A DNA stretch of 41,532 nucleotides from an uncultured Candidatus Saccharibacteria bacterium (GCA_964360995.1 CAYHYZ010000004.1:1-41532), one strand, 5' to 3'. Positions 16,290 to 25,971 are shown, counted from the first letter of the stretch. Notes: generated by a model not told the origin, from the sequence alone. Numbers and translations are program-made.

Positions 16290-17348
16290 ATGAATATTTT
16301 ATATATTTTTTCAGGAACCAGAAAGGACAAAACGCGTGGAAGAATTCACGTAGACTACCCCGACACACAACTATATGGCCAGAATCATTTAGTGAAATTT
16401 GGTATGAATGCGGAGTATAGAGAATTTAAAGACCAATACCCAATTATCGGTTTTTTTTCAAAAATCATCGGATTTCGCGGCAGACACTCCTTGATGTTTT
16501 TCTTAGCACGCCATTATGATGTCGTTTTTGGGATTTCCGTTTTGTACATGCTTATTTGGAAAAAATTTATCCGAACTGAAACGAAGTTTATCATTTTTAA
16601 TTCTGTTCTCAGTCGATTACTTAATGTGCATAAGCAGAGTTCTATAAAATTTAAAATACTCGTATGGATTCTCAGAGAGGTTGACGGTATTGTGTTCTTA
16701 GCACAGATTGATTTGAAAAATGTAGCCTCACGTCTTCCATTTTTAAAGGAGAAATTATTTATTGTTCATATGGGTGTTGATAAAGACTACTATAAATTTA
16801 TCTGCCATGGAAGGGAAGATTTTTTACTTTCCGTAGGGCGAGACGATGCTCGTGATTATAAAACTGTAATCGACGTTGCAAAAAAAATGCCTATGGAAAA
16901 ATTCCATCTTGTGTGCCTTCCACGTAATATACAACACATCCAAGATATACCGCCAAACGTTCATATTCATGTAAATATATCAATAAACGAATTGCAAGAT
17001 TTTTATGGAAAAGCAAAGGCGCTCCTTTTGATCACCCACAAAGATACATATAGTGAGGGTTCGGACTCCTCCGGTCCAACCGTTCTTCTTGAGGCGATGG
17101 CATCGGGGCTACCAATCATCGCGAGCAAAAAAGAATATCTCAATGATTATGTCGAGCATGAAAAAGATGTACTACTCGTTGATTTCTATGACAGCGATGC
17201 TATTGTGAATGGCATTCGTACAATATCCAAAGGTGACATGGGACTAAACATGGCGAAGAATGCGCGACTAAAAGTCGATACATCATTGAACACCGAAGAG
17301 ATGGCTCATAAACTCGCACGAGTATTTAAAATAATCCATGAAAAATAA
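16290..17348 (+). CDS. Glycosyltransferase, GT4-like
   Basis: The start is taken at ATG 16290 (MNILYIFSG..), just after the remnant stop. The C-terminal ..EGSDSSGPTVLLEAMASGLPIIASK.. is a GT-B signature. Confidence 0.8.
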   Translation: MNILYIFSGTRKDKTRGRIHVDYPDTQLYGQNHLVKFGMNAEYREFKDQYPIIGFFSKIIGFRGRHSLMFFLARHYDVVFGISVLYMLIWKKFIRTETKFIIFNSVLSRLLNVHKQSSIKFKILVWILREVDGIVFLAQIDLKNVASRLPFLKEKLFIVHMGVDKDYYKFICHGREDFLLSVGRDDARDYKTVIDVAKKMPMEKFHLVCLPRNIQHIQDIPPNVHIHVNISINELQDFYGKAKALLLITHKDTYSEGSDSSGPTVLLEAMASGLPIIASKKEYLNDYVEHEKDVLLVDFYDSDAIVNGIRTISKGDMGLNMAKNARLKVDTSLNTEEMAHKLARVFKIIHEK

Positions 17349-18363
17349 ATTACAATATTACTGCAATACATGTTTGCAATCTTACGAAGCTTCGTCTGAA
17401 AAGCTTTTCTGTTTATATTGTAAGAAGGTCGTTCCGATTATCCATGGAATTCCCGTATTTTCTAACGACATCTACTGGGGAAAAATTGCAGAACCAGAGC
17501 TCAAAAATATTATCGATCTTATCGAGAACCATGGTTTTGATGCTTTTTCTCTTCAGTTGCAGAAAAAGCTTGATTTCACATTTGATGAAGATCGTGCAGA
17601 TTGGATTTTTTTTATTCCTCCTTCAAACGAATTAGTAGTTCTCGATATTGGAGCTGGCCTCGGACGGATAACTATTCCACTCGCAAAAATTGCTAAACAT
17701 GTTATTGCGTGCGATCAATCGATTTCACGTATGCGTTTTTTGAAAAAACGCGCCGAAGCAGAGCAATTGAATAATGTCAGTGTATTTGTTGGTGATATAT
17801 TTGATTTACCAATAAAGGAAAATAGCATTGACCTTATCGTTATGAATGGCGTCCTTGAATGGGTCGGGCAGACAAAATTGTACAATAATCCACGCCATGC
17901 GCAAATCAAAAGTTTAGAAATATGCCGCAAGCTACTTAAAAAGGGTGGGCATATTTATATAGGTATAGAAAATCGCTTTGCCTTTGTGTATGCGAGAGCA
18001 TTCGACCATGGGGGTTTAAGATACACCAGCTTTATGCCCAGACCAATCGCAAATATTTATTCACAACTACGCATAAATGCTCCTTATAGGACCTATACGT
18101 ATTCTAAACGTAGTTATGAAACATTATTACGCGAATCTGGATTTACAGATCGGGCAAAATTTTATTTAGAGTATCCTGGTTATAATTTGCCACGGATCAT
18201 TATCCCTTATGATAATATACATATCCTTCAATATGCGATGACAACGTTCAAGCGCTCGCAGAACATTTTTGTGCAGATGTTACTATTTTTGTTGCGCTCC
18301 TTGGCGGTTGTTCGAGTGTACCGTTTCGTATTTTATAGTTTCGGTATAATAGTAAAAAAATGA
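17338..18363 (+). CDS. Class I SAM-dependent methyltransferase with an N-terminal Trm112-like zinc-ribbon and a hydrophobic C-terminal tail
   Basis: The N-terminus has CNTC..(x15)..CLYC followed by IIHGIPVF. SAM motif I is VLDIGAGLGRITIPLA, and motif II/III is DLIVMNGVLEW. The tail is ..IFVQMLLFLLRSLAVVRVYRFVFYSFGIIV. Confidence 0.75.
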   Translation: MKNKLQYYCNTCLQSYEASSEKLFCLYCKKVVPIIHGIPVFSNDIYWGKIAEPELKNIIDLIENHGFDAFSLQLQKKLDFTFDEDRADWIFFIPPSNELVVLDIGAGLGRITIPLAKIAKHVIACDQSISRMRFLKKRAEAEQLNNVSVFVGDIFDLPIKENSIDLIVMNGVLEWVGQTKLYNNPRHAQIKSLEICRKLLKKGGHIYIGIENRFAFVYARAFDHGGLRYTSFMPRPIANIYSQLRINAPYRTYTYSKRSYETLLRESGFTDRAKFYLEYPGYNLPRIIIPYDNIHILQYAMTTFKRSQNIFVQMLLFLLRSLAVVRVYRFVFYSFGIIVKK

Positions 18364-19232
18364 TTTCGTTTATTGAAAAAATACTGAAGGATAGCCCGGG
18401 CATTTTACCTATTTCAACTACTGATCGACTAGGATTTTTAAAATATAGTACAGCAATTTCCGGAAAAGGAGTTGGGAATAAGGTCATTTTTTTTGTTTTT
18501 ACTGACAGAAACATTATTCCGGTGGCAATCGTTAAAACTGTTAGGTCGTATCGAGATGCCGAGGTAATACGGCGCTCGTATGGCGCTTTACAGATGTTAA
18601 ATAAGCTCACTAAATATTCATCGTTCTCTGCGATGTTTCCACAAGCAATTCTGGTTTATGACGATGGCCACATCATTTTTAACGTAGAAACAATGTGCAT
18701 TGGTAATAAGGTCAACAGCGAGCGAGATATGGAGAAGATTATAGAAGCATATTTTTCGTTTTCTAAGTATATTGCAATGCGTACTTCTGATAATATCGTG
18801 TTGGACATACACTACGGCGTACAGTTAATAAAGGAACTTCAGGGTCCTAGGGAAACAATCGATGGAATTATTAAGTATTTTACTGATCTGTGGGGCAATG
18901 TTTCACTCCAATTACCGCGTATCCCGCAACATGGTGACCTGACTACCGATAATGTCCTTATTGACGGAGATAAGATAATGTTTATTGATTGTGATACGTT
19001 CGGCATGATCAATATTCCTGGCTTTGATGTATTTCACTTAGTGGCGAGAAAACAAAATAATAATTGGCGCAATGTACTTGATGCCTATTACGATCAAGTA
19101 AATATTCAGTGCACTTTCAGAGAAAAACTATTGATTATGTATCTTCTGCACGAGATACACATAAAAAAAGATTATATTCTTTTTCAGAAAAGTCTGGAAA
19201 CTATTATTAGTGAGTTTGCGGCTTTGATATAA
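18360..19232 (+). CDS. APH/choline-kinase-like phosphotransferase (protein-kinase-like fold)
   Basis: The catalytic loop is PQHGDLTTDNVLIDGDKIMFIDCDTFG (HGD....N plus the metal-binding D). The start forms an ATGA overlap with the preceding gene. Confidence 0.7.
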   Translation: MISFIEKILKDSPGILPISTTDRLGFLKYSTAISGKGVGNKVIFFVFTDRNIIPVAIVKTVRSYRDAEVIRRSYGALQMLNKLTKYSSFSAMFPQAILVYDDGHIIFNVETMCIGNKVNSERDMEKIIEAYFSFSKYIAMRTSDNIVLDIHYGVQLIKELQGPRETIDGIIKYFTDLWGNVSLQLPRIPQHGDLTTDNVLIDGDKIMFIDCDTFGMINIPGFDVFHLVARKQNNNWRNVLDAYYDQVNIQCTFREKLLIMYLLHEIHIKKDYILFQKSLETIISEFAALI

Positions 19233-19253
19233 TTATCTACTTTCCTGCGTATT

Positions 19254-20450
19254 ATGACCATTCTTCATATATCAAGAATGAACTTTCTTTCCGACAAAGC
19301 ACATGTATATACAACCACAAAAACATGTGAGGCATTAGCGGAGCAAACTGACACTCAAGTTATTTTACTTAGTTCCGACAACAGTCTTGTCGGTGAATCT
19401 GCTCTACAGAGCTTTTTTCGAAAGCACAACGTGAAAAAGAATTTCGAAATTATTTCAGTATCGTCATACGGAAACATATTTAGGGGAAGTAGTATCCGCC
19501 TCGTCAATTGGTTCGAGACAATTGCTATAAATATTTCTATTTTGAGATACATTATTCTTCATAGAAATACATTCGATATCTTATATGTTCGCGACTGTAC
19601 ATTATTCATGCCGATTTTGGCTTGCAAATATATATTGAAGAAACCCATTTTTATCGAGCTTCATGCTGTTCTCCACAAAAAGCATGGGCAATTTATGAAT
19701 AATTATTTTTCGAAAATTTCAGACGGGCTCATTGCGATTAGTTTTGGTCTTCGCGAGTATTACAAACACATGAATCCAAATATCATTGTTGCCTTTTGCG
19801 CTGCTGCGGAACCAGAGCGCTTCGCGCGCATTATTAATAGCAAAGAATTCCTGCGAGAAGAATTGAAACTGCCAAGGGAAAGAGTCATTCTTATGTATGC
19901 TGGAAATCTTTATAAAACCGGCAACAATGACTCTTACGGGCTTGAGGATATCGTAGAAGCGATGGTATATGTGAATGATTCAACACTGTTTATTGGATTA
20001 GGAAAGAGAGGAAATGAAACGAAAGAACTTGAAGATTTGGCAACACACCTTCGAGTGGATAAAAAAATTCTGTTTCTCCCTTGGGTTCCAAAGCATATGG
20101 TCTATCGCTATTGGAAAGCCGCTGATGTTCTTATGCTCCCATCATCCGGTGCTCAAATCGGAAATTCTCCTACAAAAATGTTTGAATATCTCTCTTCAGA
20201 ACGGGTCATCATAGCAGCAAGAACGAAAGCGATTGAAGAAGTATTACATCATGAAAAAAATGCATTGCTAGTTTCTGATTTCAAGAACCCCAGAGAATGG
20301 GCGGCAGCAATCAATCGTGTGCTTGGCGACCACCAGCTTCGCGACACGCTTACCAAGGCAGCCCTCCAGGATAGCCGTAAATATTCTTGGAATGACCGAG
20401 GATATCATATTCATGAATTTATTAAACAAACAATTGCAACAAAATCATGA
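19254..20450 (+). CDS. Glycosyltransferase, GT4-like
   Basis: The 398-aa protein begins MTILHISRMNF... The C-terminal ..DVLMLPSSGAQIGNSPTKMFEYLSSERVIIAA.. is a GT-B donor-site pattern. Confidence 0.75.
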   Translation: MTILHISRMNFLSDKAHVYTTTKTCEALAEQTDTQVILLSSDNSLVGESALQSFFRKHNVKKNFEIISVSSYGNIFRGSSIRLVNWFETIAINISILRYIILHRNTFDILYVRDCTLFMPILACKYILKKPIFIELHAVLHKKHGQFMNNYFSKISDGLIAISFGLREYYKHMNPNIIVAFCAAAEPERFARIINSKEFLREELKLPRERVILMYAGNLYKTGNNDSYGLEDIVEAMVYVNDSTLFIGLGKRGNETKELEDLATHLRVDKKILFLPWVPKHMVYRYWKAADVLMLPSSGAQIGNSPTKMFEYLSSERVIIAARTKAIEEVLHHEKNALLVSDFKNPREWAAAINRVLGDHQLRDTLTKAALQDSRKYSWNDRGYHIHEFIKQTIATKS

Positions 20451-21379
20451 CACTAAGGCACATCATATATTACCTAATATATTGGAGTGGCTTTAATGAT
20501 ATCTGTAGCCTATTTCTCAAAAAAAAAGTTTTCGTTGTAATGTACCATAGTATTTGCTCTCCAAAAAATTCCGAGGAATTTAAAAACTATCTCTATGAAC
20601 ATATTTCAATTGAGGAAGATCTCTTCGAGCAGCAGATCCTCTACCTCAAAAAACGAGGACATACATTTATTTCATTTAAGGATCTTGCTACCGCCGACAT
20701 TAGAAATATTTATAAACCGACCATTATTTATTTTGATGATGGATTCAAAAACTTACTAACGAATGCGGCTCCAATTTTACATAAATATGGCATACCCGCA
20801 ACCATTTTTCTTATTACTGGGATTTTGGATCACACGCACATGCTTTGGACAATACAATACAAGCATGCGTCACATGAAGGTGGTATCGCAAAAGACGAGC
20901 AAAATTATCAAATTGAAAATATAAAAAATAAAACTGATCGAAAACGAATTGAGGTGATGCGTCAATTTCCGATTGATAAGCACTCCCCCCTTTTTCATAT
21001 TTTTTTATCATGGAATGATGTTGCTCTTCTTGTTAAAAACAATTTCGAACTCGGTTCCCATAGTGTTTCGCACGCGCGTCTTACTGAGTGCAGTCCACAG
21101 GAACTCCAGTTTGAAATTGTGCATTCGAAGCGGCGTATTGAGGAAGAGACTGGTCAAAAAGTCGATTCTTTTTCTTTTCCCCACAGCAGGGGAAGTGAAC
21201 AACTTATTGGTGAGTTAGGTAAATATGGCTATCGGTTTGGAGTATCGGCTGGAAAAGGACTCAATAATATGCCAATCTCAAATCACATGATGCACTATTT
21301 AAAGAATATATCGCCCAAACCAGGAGAATCATTGTGGATGTTTGCATTACGAATTTACTTTTTAAACATCAAAACGTGA
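20447..21379 (+). CDS. Polysaccharide deacetylase (CE4, NodB homology domain)
   Basis: Motif 1 is IIYFDDGF. The segments IPATIFLITG and motif 2 GSHSVSHARL are also present. The start forms an ATGA overlap with the upstream GT. Confidence 0.8.
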   Translation: MTLRHIIYYLIYWSGFNDICSLFLKKKVFVVMYHSICSPKNSEEFKNYLYEHISIEEDLFEQQILYLKKRGHTFISFKDLATADIRNIYKPTIIYFDDGFKNLLTNAAPILHKYGIPATIFLITGILDHTHMLWTIQYKHASHEGGIAKDEQNYQIENIKNKTDRKRIEVMRQFPIDKHSPLFHIFLSWNDVALLVKNNFELGSHSVSHARLTECSPQELQFEIVHSKRRIEEETGQKVDSFSFPHSRGSEQLIGELGKYGYRFGVSAGKGLNNMPISNHMMHYLKNISPKPGESLWMFALRIYFLNIKT

Positions 21380-22143
21380 TCATCGAACAAAGGAGATTAT
21401 TTTTTAAAACAGCTTCCATTATTCTTGATGATAACAAGATTCAAGAAGTGATCAATAGTGGAGTGTATTCCTCAATCGTCATTTTATCATATAAACAAAT
21501 GAAATTGCCTGGATTCCATTCATTTTCAAAGCCAACACTTTTGATAGATCTCACGCGGAGCAAGGAAGATATACTCCGAGAGTTCAATAACACGACCAGA
21601 AACGAAATTCGTAGATCGTATAAAATTGACAACTTCCGCGTGATTACGAATGATATCCCCGATGATCGATCCTATGCGCTCTATAAAAAATTTGAGTTTT
21701 CGCAAGGACGTGTTCCTGTTTCCCAACATGTCCTAGCGCAAACATTTTTTTTAGGCATTGAGCTGGAAGATGAATTGATTTCTGGGTTATTTATAACGAA
21801 AAGCCCTCCGTATTTACGAGTCCGCTCAATTTTTTCAAAAAGACTTGCCACCCATGACAGGGAACTTCTCAAACTCATTGGATTTGCGACTCGGCGACTT
21901 ATTTGGGAAGCCTGTCTATGGGGAAAACGAAATGACTTTCAGCTCCTTGATCTTGCTTCTGTCAATATTCACAATCCAAAAACCGAGAACATCGCTAAAT
22001 TTAAGATGTCATTTGGCAAAGATTTAACTCCAGAGTTCACATATATATATAAATCACGATTTTTTACCTTTTTTGAAAAAGCAATAACGGTGAAGCTTGT
22101 TTGGAAAAGAATAATGAATTATTTAGAACGAATTACTTTGTGA
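21334..22143 (+). CDS. FemAB-like / GNAT (Acetyltransf_6-type) acyl- or aminoacyl-transferase
   Basis: The start is GTG at 21334, preceded by AGGAGA with a 6-nt spacer. The segments ..LIDLTRSKEDILREFNNTTRNEIRRSYK.. and ..LDLASVNIHNPKTENIAKFKMSFG.. resemble the FemAB/Acetyltransf_6 layout. The assignment is from pattern memory only. Confidence 0.5.
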   Translation: MDVCITNLLFKHQNVIIEQRRLFFKTASIILDDNKIQEVINSGVYSSIVILSYKQMKLPGFHSFSKPTLLIDLTRSKEDILREFNNTTRNEIRRSYKIDNFRVITNDIPDDRSYALYKKFEFSQGRVPVSQHVLAQTFFLGIELEDELISGLFITKSPPYLRVRSIFSKRLATHDRELLKLIGFATRRLIWEACLWGKRNDFQLLDLASVNIHNPKTENIAKFKMSFGKDLTPEFTYIYKSRFFTFFEKAITVKLVWKRIMNYLERITL

Positions 22144-23270
22144 AATTGCTCATCATTACAAATTATCTTGGAAACCGAGGCGGATTAGGAAGATACTCTT
22201 TTGAGGTCGTCAAAGCGCTTGAATCCTACGCTATTGATATGAAGGTAATTTCTGAAGCAAGCACTCCTACCGTCCCTTTTGAACACAATATTCTGAGGCC
22301 AGTTTTTCGACAAAAACCAGTAAGGCGTATCTGGAATTTTATTTTGAATATCTACACTGTCCGACGTTTCGCCAAAAATGTAGACATCATACACGCCCAC
22401 GATGGTTGGCCATATGGGGTATATGGCTGGTTGGCGGTCCTTGGAACATCAAAAAAACTTTTTATTACAGGCATTGGCACATACACTCTAGCCCCTCTGC
22501 AGGAAACACTAATGGGTATGTTGCTGTGCAGGTCGTATCGGAGAGCGGAGGTCATTCTTTGCATTAGTGATTATCTTCGGAGTCAATTAAAGGAACTTTG
22601 TCCTGAAGTCGTTACTACCACGGTTTTGATGGGACCTCCGTCGTTACCGGTACCGAACGATGAACAACTGCGTAACTTTGGGTTAACGTATAAAATTTCT
22701 TGGCGATACCCGATCATACTCACCGTAGGTGACATTAAACATCGAAAGGGGCAATTGAATACATTACTTGCACTTAAAAGTCTGCAAAATATATATCCTC
22801 ATTTTCTATATATTATTATTGGTTCAGATAATGATCAGACCTACGTTAGGAAAATTATTGATTTTGTCGAGATGCATCATCTTCAAAATAATATCCTCAT
22901 GATTTCAAACAATTACGACGATCTCACGCTCGCATGTTTTTATCAGTCATGTCATCTTTTTGCCCTTTCTTCAAACAACGACGGATTGCACATCGAAGGG
23001 TTTGGGCTCGCACTTTTAGAGGCCGCGCAATTTGGTAAGCCGGTTGTTGGTAGTAGAAATTGCGGTATTGAAAGTGCGCTAAAAGACGGGTACAATGGGC
23101 TTCTCACTGCTCAAGGTAATTCAACTGATATCGCCAACAAAATCAATGATATCCTGGGACCAAACTATGATACCTATTCCCTCCACGCTCGGGATTTCTA
23201 TTCCCGTTTCTCTTGGAAACGAACGCTTGAAATATATATTCAGTATTTCACAAATAGCGCTAAGAAATGA
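22140..23270 (+). CDS. Glycosyltransferase, GT4-like
   Basis: The track start at 22101 is TTG. GTG 22140 gives a GTGA overlap with the upstream stop and a typical GT4 N-terminus (V)KLLIITNYLGNRGGLGRY. The C-terminus reads ..EGFGLALLEAAQFGKPVVGS... Confidence 0.8.
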   Translation: MKLLIITNYLGNRGGLGRYSFEVVKALESYAIDMKVISEASTPTVPFEHNILRPVFRQKPVRRIWNFILNIYTVRRFAKNVDIIHAHDGWPYGVYGWLAVLGTSKKLFITGIGTYTLAPLQETLMGMLLCRSYRRAEVILCISDYLRSQLKELCPEVVTTTVLMGPPSLPVPNDEQLRNFGLTYKISWRYPIILTVGDIKHRKGQLNTLLALKSLQNIYPHFLYIIIGSDNDQTYVRKIIDFVEMHHLQNNILMISNNYDDLTLACFYQSCHLFALSSNNDGLHIEGFGLALLEAAQFGKPVVGSRNCGIESALKDGYNGLLTAQGNSTDIANKINDILGPNYDTYSLHARDFYSRFSWKRTLEIYIQYFTNSAKK

Positions 23271-23276
23271 AATCGC

Positions 23277-24467
23277 ATGTTAACTATTTTTGGTAATTTA
23301 CGAATAAACTCTGGGGAGCGCCTTCAACACATGAAGGACTCTCTTCAGTCATTTAAGGACATTAGTGATAACTGGGTCATTAATATTCGTGGATCATTTC
23401 GTGAAGAGGCCATATTATTTTTGAAACAGCACCTTGGCGATAAATTGTCGTTGTGTGAGTTCCTGGACGATGGGAGGGGGTGGATCGAGAACGCCCTCGA
23501 CATGATGCCAAATGTAAAGCATGACTATATTCTGTTGTGGATTGAAGACCACATCAACGTTTCTCCGACCGAAATATACACTGAAATCATTCAAGACATG
23601 AAAACTGCCCATGCAGATTACCTGCTATATTCTTGGTGGATGTTTGGAAAATCTCGCGAGGCATTTTCTGTAGTTCCAATGGAAAAACTACAGCATATTG
23701 ATGTTATTAAACTGGATGAGCAGTTGTGGAAGAAAATAATGGGCCATGGGCACCCATATTATCTTCTTTCCCTTCTTGGGATATATCGAAAATCGTTTTT
23801 GATACGAATGATGAAAAACGATCGAAGAAAGCTGCCGAGACAAACTATCCGATATATTTTTATGACGATGGCGTTATTGGACAAATTAGGAATCCACTTC
23901 GACCACACAAAAGCATTCCAATCTTTGCATCGCCTCACTGGTTACCGACTACGTCGATTCAGCAAAGAGGCTCCATTTGATCTCGAAAAATCTTCCGACC
24001 GATTTGACATGTTGCCATTTACCATGGCACTCTCCCGCCAAGAGCTTTTTGCATGTATAGACGACAATCTCGGTATGCCAGGATATAGTTTAGAATCTCG
24101 TGGTTTATACAAAGAAAAAAACCTTGAAGGACCTAGAAAAATCAACGAGCGCATAGAGAAAGCTTGGGGATATGAGGAAATACTTGAAACTAATTCTCAC
24201 TATACCGTCAAGCGCTTATTTATGAAAAAAAGTTTCCAATGCTCGTTTCAGTATCATAAAAAAATGACGGTGACAGTTGTAGGACTCTCCGGCGAACTAC
24301 ATGTCATTCTCGAAAATGGTGTCCGCGTCCTACATCAGGGAGATGTTATTACCATTCCTCCACTCATGAAACATCGCATGTTTGCTCCTACTGAAAATGC
24401 TCTGTATCTTGAACTTTCTACCTCGGAAATAGATGCCGTTGTACAATTCAACGATGATCACAGCTAA
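23277..24467 (+). CDS. Two-domain protein: N-terminal ~290 aa of unknown family plus a C-terminal PMI-type (type II mannose-6-phosphate-isomerase-like) cupin
   Basis: The cupin part (about 24159-24467) reads KAWGYEEILETNSHYTVKRLF..SFQYHKK..HVILENG..GDVITIPPLMKHRMFA..LELSTSEID. It is paralogous to the stand-alone cupin at 28369. I recognise no family in the N-domain (..DYILLWIEDHINV..). Confidence 0.6.
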   Translation: MLTIFGNLRINSGERLQHMKDSLQSFKDISDNWVINIRGSFREEAILFLKQHLGDKLSLCEFLDDGRGWIENALDMMPNVKHDYILLWIEDHINVSPTEIYTEIIQDMKTAHADYLLYSWWMFGKSREAFSVVPMEKLQHIDVIKLDEQLWKKIMGHGHPYYLLSLLGIYRKSFLIRMMKNDRRKLPRQTIRYIFMTMALLDKLGIHFDHTKAFQSLHRLTGYRLRRFSKEAPFDLEKSSDRFDMLPFTMALSRQELFACIDDNLGMPGYSLESRGLYKEKNLEGPRKINERIEKAWGYEEILETNSHYTVKRLFMKKSFQCSFQYHKKMTVTVVGLSGELHVILENGVRVLHQGDVITIPPLMKHRMFAPTENALYLELSTSEIDAVVQFNDDHS

Positions 24468-25491
24468 ACAGAAAATAATGCCAGATACTACATCCGGTAA
24501 ACCCATAAGCAAGATAGGTATCGGTCCCATGAGTCCAGAAATTATTGATGCTGTATATCGCTTTTCCGCCGATAACAATATTCCCATGATGCTTATTGCA
24601 TCAAAAAACCAAATCGATTGGGACGGTGGCTATGTGAATAACTGGAATACCGCGCAATATAGAAATTATTTAAACACCATGGTGGCCAAATATCCTGACG
24701 CAAAAGTTTTTATTTGTAGAGATCACTGTGGTCCGGGGTTTAAAAATCATCACCTTGATGATACATACAACACCATTAATGCCGATATTGAAAACGACTT
24801 TGATTTAATCCATGTAGATTATTGTCACCTCAAGGGCGATAAAACACAAATCCTTGAGAAATCTCAAAAAGCAATAGAATATATTCTCAAAAAAAACAAG
24901 GACATTCTTATTGAGGTGGGAACGGACGAAAATACCGGAGCATATTTAACAAATTTGGACGCGATTAAACGAGAAATGGAGTTTTTTACGAGCATTACGC
25001 CTATTCATTTCTTTGTGTGCCAAACTGGCAGTCTGGTTACTGAAACTAACCAGGCAGGATCATTTAACGATACTTTTTTAAGAAAAGTAAAAGGGGTCGC
25101 AAATCAATTTGGTATATTTCTTAAAGAACACAACGCTGACTATATTGATAAAAGGACCATCGCGCGTCGTTCGGGTATCATTGACGCAGTAAACGTGGCG
25201 CCCCAATACGGCGTCATTCAAACAAAATTAACACTCCATAAAGCATTTGTTTATGGACTCGATCCTCGTGAATTTCTGGAGGAAGCGTATCAAAGTGAGC
25301 GCTGGAAAAAATGGCTCGATGTGAACACGAGGGAAAATAAGTACCTCTGCTCAATTATCGCCGGACATTATGTATTCTCAAGCGATGCATATAAAAAGCT
25401 CTACGAAAAAATCAACTCCCATGAAGATTTTAGAGAAACAATTATTCAAGAAATGATGCGCAACTTTAAAATTTATGCGGATAATCTCTGA
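24454..25491 (+). CDS. Divergent GatZ/KbaZ-like protein (class II tagatose/fructose-bisphosphate aldolase superfamily TIM barrel)
   Basis: Blocks match my memory of E. coli GatZ: MMLIASKNQIDWDGGYVNNWNTAQY ([23 protein letters not shown]), ICRDHCGPG (GGDHLGP) and LIHVDY (IHLDAS). Further blocks are IEVGTDE (IGTEVP), KEHNADY (EAHSTDY) and AVNVAPQ (ILKVGPA). Start ATG candidates are 24433, 24454 and 24478. Confidence 0.6.
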   Translation: MITAKQKIMPDTTSGKPISKIGIGPMSPEIIDAVYRFSADNNIPMMLIASKNQIDWDGGYVNNWNTAQYRNYLNTMVAKYPDAKVFICRDHCGPGFKNHHLDDTYNTINADIENDFDLIHVDYCHLKGDKTQILEKSQKAIEYILKKNKDILIEVGTDENTGAYLTNLDAIKREMEFFTSITPIHFFVCQTGSLVTETNQAGSFNDTFLRKVKGVANQFGIFLKEHNADYIDKRTIARRSGIIDAVNVAPQYGVIQTKLTLHKAFVYGLDPREFLEEAYQSERWKKWLDVNTRENKYLCSIIAGHYVFSSDAYKKLYEKINSHEDFRETIIQEMMRNFKIYADNL

Positions 25492-25494
25492 TAA

Positions 25495-25971
25495 ATGAGC
25501 AAACCGATCAAAAACTTCATTCTCGATGTTGATGGCGTGCTTACCACCGGACAATTTCTTTATACAATAGATGGTAAGTTCGCCAAGGTATTCGGACCAC
25601 ACGACAATGATGGAATTAAATTAATTATCCCCCACCTTAATGTGTTCGCTATTTCTGCAGATAAACGTGGATTTTTAATCACAAAAAAAAGGGTCGCTGA
25701 TGATATGGGCCTGGAACTCAAATTGGTCCCCGAAGCAGAAAGACTTTCCTGGCTGCGACAAAATTTCGATCTTTCTGAATCCGTATATATGGGTGATGGA
25801 ATTCACGATGCTATTATTTTTGATTTTGTGGCATATAGCATCGCTCCGTCAAGTGCATTCTATACCGCACGTGCGAAAGCAGCATTTGTTACCAACGCAA
25901 AAGCTGGCGAGGGAGCCGTGGCTGAGGCGTGTCTTCATCTTCTAGAAAAATTCTTTACCCAACATAAATGA
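25495..25971 (+). CDS. HAD-IIIA phosphatase, KdsC/YrbI-like (sugar-acid/sugar phosphate phosphatase)
   Basis: Motif I is FILDVDGVLTTG. The segments SADKRG and YMGDGIHD (motif IV GD...D) are present. The 158-aa size and the tail ..AKAGEGAVAEACLHLL fit the KdsC family. Confidence 0.75.
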   Translation: MSKPIKNFILDVDGVLTTGQFLYTIDGKFAKVFGPHDNDGIKLIIPHLNVFAISADKRGFLITKKRVADDMGLELKLVPEAERLSWLRQNFDLSESVYMGDGIHDAIIFDFVAYSIAPSSAFYTARAKAAFVTNAKAGEGAVAEACLHLLEKFFTQHK

